Counted from the first letter of the stretch, positions 18,101-26,613 are shown. The stretch is DNA of 64,000 nucleotides from Opitutaceae bacterium (GCA_018402455.1 JAGYIG010000001.1:148164-212163), one strand, 5' to 3'. The notes: generated by a model from the sequence alone, not told the origin. Program-made: numbers and translations.

Positions 18101-20061
18101 TCGGTGAAGTTAGCGGACTCCATCAGATTGGAGGCGGCGAAGAAGGCGCCCTGGAAGGCGATGCCCTGCATCCGGAAGCGCAGCTCCTCATCGGAGGCCT
18201 CCTCGCGGGCAATTTTGAAGCCATCAACGTAGACGACCTTGATCTCGTTTTCGTTCATGAATTTCTGGGCGGCGATGGGGAAGGAGTTCCACACCGCTTC
18301 CGGCGAATCGAGTTCGCTTTGGATGATGAACGTGCCGCCCTTCTTCAGACCGGACAACGGGTTGGAGTGGCTGAAGACGTTGGGGTCGGGTGAGAGCACC
18401 GTGTCGACGAACATGTATTCGCAGTTGATGCGGATCGGTTCGGGGGCGGCGGACAGGTAGTAGGTGGTGGGCTGCCCCTTTTTCTCGGAGCCGTATTTGG
18501 GGTTGGCCTTGATATCGAAGCCGAGGAGTTCGTTGAGGGTGACGGCGAGGTTCTTGCCCGTGGTGATGGCGCCCCAGCCGCCGACGGAGTGCATGCGCAC
18601 GGTGATGGCGCCCTTGGGGAGCAGGTTCGGGTTCTCGCTGCCGCGCACGGCCAAGTGGGCGACGTGCGGGTATTTTTCGAGCAGGTTCTGCTGGTGGATC
18701 TCGTTCTTCGGCGACGGGTTGTCGTAGAGGAAGTCGATCGAAAGGTAGAAGAATTTCCGCTTGGCGCCGCCGGGCAGCATGTTCTCCACCGCGCCGATCA
18801 GGGCCTCGGGCTGGAGGTCCCGGCTGCCGAGGCCAAAGGAAGAGGAGTAGAGGGGTGGCATGTCGCCGGGCTTCGAGTAGCAGGCGTATTTGGGGTAGGG
18901 CGTCTCGCCCTTGGTCATGCCGTTTTCCAAGCACTTGCTCAGAGCGGCCCGCACCTCGCGAATGACCGGCAGGTCTTCGGCCAGGGGTTGGTCGGTGCGC
19001 TCGGGAATGACGACGCCCTTGCGGCCCTTGAGGATGGGGCCGAGCAAGTCGCCCGGGAACGGACGATACATGGTGAGCTCGACCACGCCAACCTTCACTC
19101 CGCGGGTTTCGCGGAGGTAATCGACCACGGCCTCGGCGGTGCCGATCACGCTGCCCATCGCGAGGATGAGGTAGTCGGCATCATCGCATTGGTAGGTCGA
19201 GATCCGACTGTATTTGCGGCCGGTCAACTCCGCGTATTCCGCCATGCACCGGTCGGTGATATCGGCGATGTGGTCGAAGAAGTAGGGCCGCTGCGCCGCG
19301 ACGGACTGCATGTAGGCATCCTGATTTTGGGCGGAGCCGGAGAGGACGGGATTATCGACGTCCCAGAGAATCGGGACCCGGCGGCGTTGTTTGCCGTAGA
19401 GCATTTCCTGCCCCGGCGTGGGGCTGGCGATCATGTCGTCGGGCCGGCCCAGGTATTCCGCGATGAGGTCGCGCTCGGGCACGAGCAGGGTTTCGATCAG
19501 GTGCGTGGTGAGGAAGCCGTCCTGCCCGACCGCGCCGGGGGTGAGGGTGAGCTCGGCGATCTTGCGGGAGATGAGGTTGAGGTCGGCCGCGGCCTGACCG
19601 TTCTTGCCCAACACCTGGAAGAAGCCGGTGTCGTCCATGAGGTGGTAGTCATCATGGGCGGCGTGCACGTTGAGGGTGGACTTGGTGATGGCGCGGCAAC
19701 CGACGTTGAGCAGGTAGGGCAGGCGCTTCCCCACGGCACCGTAGAGCGATTCGTGCATGTAGGCGATGCCCTGACCGGAGGAGAAGTTCGAAGCGCGCAG
19801 GCCGCTCATGGACAGGCCGGCGGTGACCCCGGCGGCGGCGTGCTCGCCCTCGGGCTCGATGAAGATCAGCGGATGATCGGAGATGTTGCGGTGTCCCCGG
19901 GCGGTTTCCTCGGCCCAATACTCACCCATTTGGGTGGAGGGGGTGATGGGATAGGCCCCGGCGGCATCGCTTGACTCCCGTTCGCACATGATGACGACGG
20001 TGTTTCCATCCATCGCCGCGGGAATTCCGGGATACTTCACAGTGGTTTTTTGGCTTACCAT
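15142..20061 (-). CDS. nifJ: Extended pyruvate(2-oxoacid):ferredoxin oxidoreductase, NifJ/PFOR type, 1639 aa
   Basis: YPITPST, VGGWGAITTGK, YGSEKKG, CTACSECFTVCP, CKGCMLCVDVC, CTGCGE, NATGCSSIYG, GGDG..DIG, DTQVYSNTGGQ, plus a C-terminal ferredoxin CTACDEC...CTGKCIHP. Confidence 0.9.
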   Translation of the reverse strand: MVSQKTTVKYPGIPAAMDGNTVVIMCERESSDAAGAYPITPSTQMGEYWAEETARGHRNISDHPLIFIEPEGEHAAAGVTAGLSMSGLRASNFSSGQGIAYMHESLYGAVGKRLPYLLNVGCRAITKSTLNVHAAHDDYHLMDDTGFFQVLGKNGQAAADLNLISRKIAELTLTPGAVGQDGFLTTHLIETLLVPERDLIAEYLGRPDDMIASPTPGQEMLYGKQRRRVPILWDVDNPVLSGSAQNQDAYMQSVAAQRPYFFDHIADITDRCMAEYAELTGRKYSRISTYQCDDADYLILAMGSVIGTAEAVVDYLRETRGVKVGVVELTMYRPFPGDLLGPILKGRKGVVIPERTDQPLAEDLPVIREVRAALSKCLENGMTKGETPYPKYACYSKPGDMPPLYSSSFGLGSRDLQPEALIGAVENMLPGGAKRKFFYLSIDFLYDNPSPKNEIHQQNLLEKYPHVAHLAVRGSENPNLLPKGAITVRMHSVGGWGAITTGKNLAVTLNELLGFDIKANPKYGSEKKGQPTTYYLSAAPEPIRINCEYMFVDTVLSPDPNVFSHSNPLSGLKKGGTFIIQSELDSPEAVWNSFPIAAQKFMNENEIKVVYVDGFKIAREEASDEELRFRMQGIAFQGAFFAASNLMESANFTEESLFKAIHDQIEKKFGSKGARVVEDNIRVVRRGFDEIVKLENMAISAPVAASPKQRTNLPLMLKRIAQSDDAMTDTHRFWEQTGSFYLGGKPNDHITDPFAAMGLIPANTGLYRNMTQIRFNHPVWDPSKCTACSECFTVCPDSAIPGLACSVSAAFEATIKRVKKAGHEVTLLPKAVRTVEKKLRAAAHGVNGNRSGPSLDVGPLLVDAISDTIAETSADQATLIQEFEWFREEMGEFKFAFTKPYFDQREKVAAGAGGLYAITINPYTCKGCMLCVDVCDDNALTTIPQTPQSVAKLEKEWDYWLDLPTTTKDFMRIDDIDEKIGALETMLMDKSVYSSISCGDGACTGCGEKSVLHLFTSTITALMQRRVKTHVEYLGTLIAKLETHLKAKLADTFDVSDPSALKAVLGRSGDRDLKLSDLAGALDEGKAGTPLDQEWLTWMSDLLAQLKDLKWRYEEGITHTGRAHLGFMNATGCSSIYGGSFPYNPYPFPWSNHLFQDAASVSLGIFEGHMRKMADGFKAIRMAEAEIAGDTDFRAIQKSLEVFNWESFTDEEYLLSPPVVAVGGDGAMFDIGFQNVSRALMTGRPIKIFVMDTQVYSNTGGQACTSGFIGQVSDMAPYGKAWKGKTETRKEMALIGAAHRTAFIMQGSLANVTHLIEGYIDGINSRRPALFSIYAVCQPEHGVPDDSTAFRSKMATESRAYPLFRFDPDAGESWAECIELEGNPAIDEDWPSYQLSYLDEDGTPQQMEIPMTFADFAVQEGRFRKHFRVAPPDTWNDNMLPLAEFIDLAADDREGRFPYIWSVNKQNHLVRVLVAQEIVRSTEERRDYWRTLRGLAGLTGKVDPEQIAQQVRSETAQKLAQGLMAMLAGDGGVTPLLEAAPANGAAPATAPAAPAAGFEPAWIDQSECTACDECTNINPKIFAYDSDKKAFVKDPKGGPFKDIVRAAEKCTGKCIHPGTPADPHEKDAAKLIKRAEKFQ

Positions 20062-20125
20062 TTTTCGAGGGGGTTAAGTGTTGAGTGATAAAAGGGGAGC
20101 GGGGGGCGGAGTGGCCGGGGGAGGG

Positions 20126-20995
20126 TCAGGCGGTGGGATCGACGGGCAGAGCTTCTTTGCGGATGATGCGCTTGGCGGCGGCGCCCTTTTCGACGGTGTG
20201 GTCCTGCAGCCAGACGATTGCGCCGGTGGGGCAGCGTTGAATGGGCAGTTTCGAAGCGAGCGCGTTTTTGGTGTAATCCACGGTCGCGAGATTGTTTTTG
20301 ATGGTGATGAGGCCCCCCGGGGCGTCGGCCACGCAGCGAGCGCAGCCCGTGCACCCGACCTCGCAATCCGCCAGCACCTCGTCGCCTTCGGCGAGGCTCT
20401 TGCAGGCGACCCAGAGGCGGTGACTCACGGGTTGGAGCGAGAAGAGGTTGAGGGGGCAGGCGACGACGCAGTCGTTGCAGGCGACACACTTGTCCTCGTC
20501 CACGACCGGCAGGCCGTTGCGGTCCATGGTGATGGCATCGAAGTCACAGGAGACCTCGCAGTCGGCCAGTCCGAGACAGCCCCACGAGCAGGCCTTGCCG
20601 CCGCCGCCGGCCGCGACCGCGGCCCGACAACTTTGCAGGCCGTGGTAGGCCGAGCGCATGCGGGCGACATGGTTGCCACCGGCGCAGGCGAGGCGGGCGA
20701 CCTTCTTTTCCTCATTGCCGAGCTCCACGCCCAAAAAATCGGCGATAAACGCCGACATTGCTGGGGGGCTTACGGTGCACTGGGCGGGATTGGCCTTCCC
20801 TGCGACGCAAGCTTCGGCAAAGGCCCGGCAACCCGGGCAACCACAGGCTCCGCAGTTGGTTTTGGGGAGCATCTCCTCGACGTCATCGATCCGCGGGTCC
20901 TCGGCCACGAACAGCCGTCGGTTCGCCAGCGTCAGAATCACCGCCAACGTCAGCCCGAGTCCTCCCATGAAGAGGAGGGCGCCGGTGAGGTTCAT
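20126..20995 (-). CDS. rnfB: Rnf complex subunit B (polyferredoxin)
   Basis: N-terminal TM, LPKTNCGACGCPGC, CSWGCLGLADCEVSC, CVACNDCVVACP; start at ATG 20995 or GTG 21013. Confidence 0.9.
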   Translation of the reverse strand: MNLTGALLFMGGLGLTLAVILTLANRRLFVAEDPRIDDVEEMLPKTNCGACGCPGCRAFAEACVAGKANPAQCTVSPPAMSAFIADFLGVELGNEEKKVARLACAGGNHVARMRSAYHGLQSCRAAVAAGGGGKACSWGCLGLADCEVSCDFDAITMDRNGLPVVDEDKCVACNDCVVACPLNLFSLQPVSHRLWVACKSLAEGDEVLADCEVGCTGCARCVADAPGGLITIKNNLATVDYTKNALASKLPIQRCPTGAIVWLQDHTVEKGAAAKRIIRKEALPVDPTA

Positions 20996-21040
20996 GAGCG
21001 ATGCGGGGATCACGGCAGGAGGACGTTTAATCCATTAACT

Positions 21041-22057
21041 TTAACTGAGGGGAAATTGGGGGGTGCGGGTCAGGCGGTTCGCCTTGTCGACGAACAGGGC
21101 GTCGACCCCGGGCAGGCTTTCGACGAGCGCGCGGCCGTGGTCGGGGCCCATCAGAAAAACGGCGGTGGAAAGCGCGTCGGCTTCCAGTGCGGTGGGGGCC
21201 ATCACGGAGACGCTGGCCAGCGCGGTGGGCGAGTGGCCGGTGCGGGGGTCGAGCAGGTGGTGTTCGGAAAAATCGGCGGCAAAGGTGGTTTCGTAGTCGC
21301 CGGACGTGGCGAGGCAGCGGTCGGCGAGGGCGGCGACGCCGAGCAGGCTGGCGGGCTGGCGCGGATCCTTGAGCCCGATCGACCAGTGATCCTTCCGGGC
21401 GGGCAGGCCGACGGTGCCGATTTCGCCGCTGTCGATCAGCGCGTGGGCGACGCCCGCCTCGCGCAGGGCGTGACCGGCGGCATCGGCAGCCAAGCCTTGG
21501 GCGATGCCGTTGAGGGTGATGGCCATGTGGGGTTGAGCAAACCGGATGGCGGCGGTGGAAACGCTCACCTGTCGCCAGTCCACCCGGGGCAGGGTGGCCG
21601 CCAGGGCTTGGGCCGAGGGCAGGGTGCCCTGCGCGGCCGCGTCATGATAGAGGGACCACAGGGGTTGCACGGTGACGTCGAAGGCACCGTCCGATTGGCG
21701 CGACAGGTCGGCGGCGCGCTCCAGCACGCGCACGAGCGCGGGGTCGGGATTTGTCAGGAAGCCGTCGCGATTGAGCCGACTGATTTCGCTCTCTGGGCGG
21801 TAGAGACTCATGACGTGCTCGACGTGATCGATGGCGGCGAATGCCCGGGCGATGGCGAGATCCGCCGTCGCCGGGTTTGCATGAAACGCCGTGATCGAAA
21901 TGTCGGTGCCAAGCGCGCGGCCGTAGCGGGTCAATTTAGCAAGTTGGGCGGCCCCGGGGGAGCCGCCCAAAAGCGCATATTTTGTTCCAAAGTGGGCGCC
22001 CACGGCCCCGAGGGCGGTGGCACCGAGCGCATAAGAAATGAATTTGCGACGTCTCAT
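21041..22057 (-). CDS. apbE: FAD:protein FMN transferase (ApbE), twin-arginine-like leader
   Basis: MRRRKFIS leader, GAFDVTV, TLNGIAQG, ATSGDYE, HLLDPRTG, ADALSTA. Confidence 0.92.
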   Translation of the reverse strand: MRRRKFISYALGATALGAVGAHFGTKYALLGGSPGAAQLAKLTRYGRALGTDISITAFHANPATADLAIARAFAAIDHVEHVMSLYRPESEISRLNRDGFLTNPDPALVRVLERAADLSRQSDGAFDVTVQPLWSLYHDAAAQGTLPSAQALAATLPRVDWRQVSVSTAAIRFAQPHMAITLNGIAQGLAADAAGHALREAGVAHALIDSGEIGTVGLPARKDHWSIGLKDPRQPASLLGVAALADRCLATSGDYETTFAADFSEHHLLDPRTGHSPTALASVSVMAPTALEADALSTAVFLMGPDHGRALVESLPGVDALFVDKANRLTRTPQFPLS

Positions 22058-22281
22058 GAGAGTGAACCTCGAACAGTTGCAGGAGGGTCCCGGCCGAAAC
22101 CGGATGAACTGACAGGTCGCATCTTAGAGGTTCCGGCCGCGGCAGCCTAATCACATCCTGCCAAAACTGTGTCACTTCGTTGGGAATCTTAACGGGGTCC
22201 CGATCCGGCCGCGGCGGGGTTCCGCTCCGGGATTTTAGCCTATCAGGGTGACGAAACCCGGGATCCGATCCGCGCCGGGTT

Positions 22282-22295
22282 GGTGAAAATTCACC
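22282..22295. promoter_or_regulatory. Palindrome GGTGAA-AA-TTCACC in the divergent apbE/oxidoreductase intergenic region
   Basis: Symmetric 6-2-6 AT-rich site; cognate regulator unknown. Confidence 0.3.
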
Positions 22296-22477
22296 CATTA
22301 AAACGACTGCTCTGCTTCATTTTATTCGCGGCTGCCGTCCGGCCACGCAGGGTGGGGTTTCGCTCCCGACCTTCGTTTATTCCCGCTGATGGCTGCGCCT
22401 TTCACCCTTACCCCCCCGATCCCTTGAGCCGACCTCGGAGCTGGCGGGGCAGGCGGCGGGGAGTTTTAAATGAGGTG

Positions 22478-23401
22478 ATGAGTGATGCGGAAATCAAAAT
22501 CGGGATCATTGGCTTGGATTCGAGCCACGCGGTCCAGTATGCCAAATTGCTCCACGAATCGGACCCTTCGCACCACGTGGCGGGCGGGCGGATGGTGGCG
22601 GCTTATGCGGGCGGTTCGCCGGACTGGGAGCTGAGCCACGGCCGCGTGGCCGGGTTTCGCCGCGAGTTGGAGCAGGGGTTTGCCATTCCGGTGGTGGACA
22701 CGATCGCCGAAGTCGTGGCGGCGGCCGATGCCATCATGATTCTGACCATCGACGGTCGGGTGCACCTTGAGCAGTTCACCGCAGTCGCCGCGGCGGGCAA
22801 ACCGGTCTATATCGACAAGCCGCTCACTGCGACGGCGGCCGAGGCCCGTCAACTGGCTGCGGTCGCGGCGAACACGGGCACGCGGGTGTTCTCCTCATCG
22901 GTGTGGCGCTACGCGGTCGGATTCCAGGAAGCGATGGCGGCGCTGGTGGGACCCGCCCGCCACCTGTCGTTGCACGGGCAGTGGCCGGAGCATCCCGGCC
23001 TTCACGGCTGGACGTGGTATGGGATTCACCAAGTGGAAATGCTCTACGCGGCGCTCGGCGCGGGATGCCAACGGGTCTCCGCCGTGCGGGACGGTGCCGC
23101 TGAAGTGATCACCGGATTCTGGTCGGGCGGGCGGACCGGCACCATCGCCACCAATCACGATGAGGAGCTGACCTATGGTGGTTGGGTGGCCGATGCTGCG
23201 GCCACCCACGCCATCGAAGTGAAGGACACCCTGCAGGACCGCTATGCGGCGTTTTTGCGCGGACTGCTGGCGTTTTATCGGGGGGAGCCCGCCCCGGTGG
23301 CGCTGGCCGAAACGATTGAAACCATCGCGTTCATGGAAACCGCGTGGCGCAGTCGCGCGCAGGGAGGTGGGCTCTTGGATTTGCCGGGAACGACGGTATG
23401 A
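22478..23401 (+). CDS. Gfo/Idh/MocA-family oxidoreductase
   Basis: KIGIIGLDSSH, GKPVYIDKP, FSSSVWRY, WYGIHQVEML. Confidence 0.88.
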   Translation: MSDAEIKIGIIGLDSSHAVQYAKLLHESDPSHHVAGGRMVAAYAGGSPDWELSHGRVAGFRRELEQGFAIPVVDTIAEVVAAADAIMILTIDGRVHLEQFTAVAAAGKPVYIDKPLTATAAEARQLAAVAANTGTRVFSSSVWRYAVGFQEAMAALVGPARHLSLHGQWPEHPGLHGWTWYGIHQVEMLYAALGAGCQRVSAVRDGAAEVITGFWSGGRTGTIATNHDEELTYGGWVADAAATHAIEVKDTLQDRYAAFLRGLLAFYRGEPAPVALAETIETIAFMETAWRSRAQGGGLLDLPGTTV

Positions 23402-23447
23402 AACGGGTCTTAATGGGCCCAACGGAATCAAATTTTTGATCCTGAAG

Positions 23448-24290
23448 TTATAGATCGTTCCGGGTTGGGGGTGGCGCCTCGCTCGCGTCGGCATGCCAGA
23501 GTTCCTCGAGGACTGCCATGGCGGGATCGGTGGCGTCGTTGCGCTGCTGGCCGAGCCAGGGCTTGTGACCCGCGAAATGCAGCAGACGGCAGTCCGGCAA
23601 TCCGGCGGTGTCGGCGTAGTTTTTCTTGATCAGATTGTAGGCTGGCGGGAGCAGATCGACCTCGATCCGATCGGCATGGATCCATTTGTTCAGAATCCCT
23701 TGGTCGCCGGCATTGTAGCCTCCCCGACCCGGATGGGTGCGTGCGATCTCCTGCAGGCGGGCGATGGTGGAGGCCCCTTGGAGGGCACGGCCGATCGAGA
23801 GGACCCCACTGTTGATCTCGTGCGGATGGCCCCGGTAGGCGCGGGTTTTCCGGAAGCCGGTATCCACGGCTGCCCGGAGCGGAAGGGTTCCGGATTCGAG
23901 CAGGGCGGGGGCTTCCCGCAAACAGAGGATATCGCTGTCGAGGAAGAGGTTTCGCTCAAAGCCGAAGTCGCCGAAGGCCTCGAATTTAAAAAACGTCCGG
24001 GCGTGTCGCTGGGAACGCCGTTGGCGGTAGGGCCGGATGTCAGCGTAGGGCGCGGGGTCAATGAGGATGCGTCGGTGACCATGGGCGCGCAGAAACGGAT
24101 CACTGAGTGCCTCCGCTTCCGCGCTCAGGACGATGATCGGGCGTGGCGCGTGGTGCCGGTTCCACGACGCAATCAGCCGCCGGGTGCCCGGGAGGTAGAG
24201 CGTGTCGGTGAGCACCACGAGGCAGAGGTCAGATGGGGTGGGACCGGGTTCCAAGCAGGTAGGAATGCCGAGCCGCCGGCGCCCTGACAA
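23448..24290 (-). CDS. Glycosyltransferase family 8 protein
   Basis: FLDSD (DxD), INSGVL, GDQGILN, YNL, LHFAGHKPW; start uncertain. Confidence 0.85.
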   Translation of the reverse strand: MSGRRRLGIPTCLEPGPTPSDLCLVVLTDTLYLPGTRRLIASWNRHHAPRPIIVLSAEAEALSDPFLRAHGHRRILIDPAPYADIRPYRQRRSQRHARTFFKFEAFGDFGFERNLFLDSDILCLREAPALLESGTLPLRAAVDTGFRKTRAYRGHPHEINSGVLSIGRALQGASTIARLQEIARTHPGRGGYNAGDQGILNKWIHADRIEVDLLPPAYNLIKKNYADTAGLPDCRLLHFAGHKPWLGQQRNDATDPAMAVLEELWHADASEAPPPTRNDL

Positions 24291-24394
24291 GCGACGAGCG
24301 GCAAGCCCGGCTCGGACCGGCGGTAATTTTGCGTCCCTCTCGGTTGATTTGGCGATCGCGCCCGTCTAGCGTGGGGCAGATGTCAGGAATACGG

Positions 24395-24673
24395 ATGCAA
24401 TCCTTTCTAAACGGTCGGCGGGTCAAAAATCCATTGGTTCGGATGTTGTTTGGGCTGATCGGATTGGTGGTCGTCCTCGGGTTGGTGGCGGGGTTGGTCA
24501 TCGTCGCGCTGCCGTTGGCCCTCGCCGCGGTGGTGGTGGGCGGATTGGCGGCGGCGATTCTGCCGCGACTTCGCGTGCGTCGGGCGGCCCCTCCGACCGC
24601 CTCACCGCCGCCTCGTCGGTCGGGCAACATGAAGCGGGTAGAACCGATTGAGCCGCCCCGGACGCTGAGCTGA
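24395..24673 (+). CDS. Small membrane protein (two hydrophobic segments)
   Basis: [40 protein letters not shown]; no family recognised. Confidence 0.55.
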   Translation: MQSFLNGRRVKNPLVRMLFGLIGLVVVLGLVAGLVIVALPLALAAVVVGGLAAAILPRLRVRRAAPPTASPPPRRSGNMKRVEPIEPPRTLS

Positions 24674-25174
24674 TGGCGCCGTAGTCGCGCAGCTCGCTTG
24701 GGCCTACCGACGGATTCGAAGCGTGATTCGCCCCACCCCGGTCGCCGGGAGCTTCGGAAGTCGTGAAGGCTTTGACCGTTGCCAGACGGTTCGCCTTTTC
24801 TGCCCTCTTTGATTTGGCCCGGCGGAGATACTTCCGCCGCCCGCAGTCGCCAAACTTTGGAGTTGGTCTACTACACCGACCGCGCTCTAACCGAAGAGGT
24901 CGCCTGCGCAGCCTACCAAAAGAAGCCGCACGAGTCCCTCCACAAGCCGCAGGTAAGATTTAATGGCGCAGGCTGGTGGGAAGGGGCAGGTTGGAGAACA
25001 GGTTTGCCGGTGGCTCGGTGGCTCAATCAGGAGAAGGGGTCACGTCGGAAAGTGTGAATGACGCCCCGGGTTTCATTCACCATTTTACGCCGCTGCCCCG
25101 GGTAGGCGCTGGAGGCAGAAAAAGGGGTCATTCCGTAATTCTTACAATGGTGGCTTCAACGCCGATTTGGGTTC

Positions 25175-25215
25175 GAACCGGAGAGATAGGTAACACTTGA
25201 ACCGGAGAGATAGGT
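25175..25215. repeat. 17-bp direct repeat x2 resembling an IS end
   Basis: GAACCGGAGAGATAGGT at 25175-25191 and 25199-25215; the first copy continues AACA (reverse strand TGTTACCTATCTCTCCGG). Confidence 0.5.
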
Positions 25216-25278
25216 TACGGATTGGAAACCCAAGCCAATGGGGTCAAACTTTTAATCTTGCAGTTGGGGCAAGGCTAC

Positions 25279-25375
25279 GCCCACTCCGATGCGGACCTTT
25301 GATGCGGACCAGACGGAGCTGGTCCCTCCCGGCTGCGCCCACTCCGATGCGGACCAGACGGAGCTGGTCCCTCCC
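25279..25375. repeat. Two tandem REP-like hairpins inside the left-end segment
   Basis: GATGCGGACCAGACGGAGCTGGTCCCTCCC at 25301-25330 and 25346-25375 (stem GGACCAG/CTGGTCC; GGAG tetranucleotide on the reverse strand). Confidence 0.75.
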
Positions 25376-25600
25376 AGTTGGGGTATAGCGGTTGGCTTAG
25401 GCGGCCGTTTGATCGTAGCGGCGGCGGGCATCATAGACGACGGGTTTGAGCTCCGTCGGCAGGGGATAGACCGTAATCAGGCGGAGCTCGTCCGGGGTCT
25501 CTCGGCCGATGCGGCAGGCTCGATTCAGCTCCTGGGGCCCAGACGGATGGGGTCAAACTTTTAATCTTGCAGTTGGGGCGAAGCGAGCGACGGTGGGGGC

Positions 25601-26584
25601 ATGGCTCGCAAACTCCGTTCGAACAAAGAGGGTGGACTTTACCACGTATTAAATCGGGGGAATTACCGCAGTAGGATTTTTGAGGACGACCAGGCAAAGG
25701 AGGCTTTTGTGAAGGCGTTGTTCGAGGCGTGCGATCGGGCCGGGTGGGTGCTGCACGCCTACGCCATCATGCGCAACCACTACCATCTGGCGCTGGAGAC
25801 CCCACGAGGAAACCTGAGCGAGGGCATGCGGTGGTTGCAGAGTGTCTTTGCCAACCGTTTCAACCGATTTCATGGCGAGGGTGGCCACCTGTTTCAGGGG
25901 CGGTTCAAGAGTCTGGCGGTGGAGGACCTTTCGCACTTGGCCCGCGTCTGCCACTACCTTCATCTCAATCCGGTTCGCGCCGGAATTTGTGAGGTGGGGC
26001 AGTTGTCCGAGTATGCCTGGACAAGTTTGCGTTATCTGAACCAGCCGCGGGAACGGCCGGGGTTTCTGCAATTGGGGACCTGCCTGCAGGGAGCCGGAAA
26101 ACTGGCCGACACCAAACGGGGGCGGGAAAAATATCTGGACTACCTGACCTGGCTGGCCGCCGACGTCGGGGCGCAAAAGGAGCTGGCGTTTGAAAAGATG
26201 AGCCGGGGATGGGCGATTGGGACCGAAGGCTTCGTCCGGGTATCGACCTTGGACGAGACGCAAAAGCGATCGTTGACGCAGTTGAGCGGAACGGAGGCTC
26301 GTTTGGCGCGGGAGGCGCGGTGGGGGGAACTGTTGGCGGCCTGCCTGCGGGCGTCGGGTCACACCGTGGATGAGGTGCCGAAAAGTCCGAAGGGGGCGGA
26401 CTGGAAAGTGGCGATTGCGACGGTGCTGAAGGTCAGGGAAATGGCCCGAAACGGCTGGATCGCCGAACAACTCGGCATGGGAACCTTGACCGGGGTGAGT
26501 CGTTACACCGCGGAGTGTTTGCGGGGCGAACGCGAGGAGGCGGATCGAATCTACCGGGAGATAACTGCAAGATTAAAAGTTTGA
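25601..26584 (+). CDS. Y1 (HUH) tyrosine transposase, REP-associated (RAYT)-like, with C-terminal extension
   Basis: YHVLNRGN, MRNHYHL (HUH), GHLFQGRFKS, YLHLNPVRAG (catalytic Tyr helix), WTSLRY. Confidence 0.9.
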   Translation: MARKLRSNKEGGLYHVLNRGNYRSRIFEDDQAKEAFVKALFEACDRAGWVLHAYAIMRNHYHLALETPRGNLSEGMRWLQSVFANRFNRFHGEGGHLFQGRFKSLAVEDLSHLARVCHYLHLNPVRAGICEVGQLSEYAWTSLRYLNQPRERPGFLQLGTCLQGAGKLADTKRGREKYLDYLTWLAADVGAQKELAFEKMSRGWAIGTEGFVRVSTLDETQKRSLTQLSGTEARLAREARWGELLAACLRASGHTVDEVPKSPKGADWKVAIATVLKVREMARNGWIAEQLGMGTLTGVSRYTAECLRGEREEADRIYREITARLKV

Positions 26585-26613
26585 CCCCATTGGTTTGGGG
26601 TTAAGCCTGCCGC

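Larger units (their letters stand above)
25229..26599 (+). mobile_element. Y1/RAYT-like HUH transposase element with terminal inverted repeats and duplicated left end
   Basis: 37-bp IR with 1 mismatch (25229-25265 and 26563-26599); 33-bp direct repeat ATGGGGTCAAACTTTTAATCTTGCAGTTGGGGC at 25238-25270 and 25547-25579. Confidence 0.75.

Noticed and set aside
22058-22280. FMN riboswitch upstream of apbE/rnf
   Set aside because: The conserved AGGGCGGGG..AAATTCCC core was not found on the minus strand.
24690-25170. Possible gene fragment (TLELVYYTDRALTEEVACAAYQK) and hairpins such as GTGAATGA..TCATTCAC
   Set aside because: No family or RNA class could be assigned by eye; needs BLASTX or Rfam.
25238-25579. 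33-bp direct repeats and 30-bp duplicated hairpins as a possible CRISPR array
   Set aside because: Only two copies each, spacing of 309 bp or 45 bp with non-unique intervening DNA, no cas genes; explained by the Y1 element ends.
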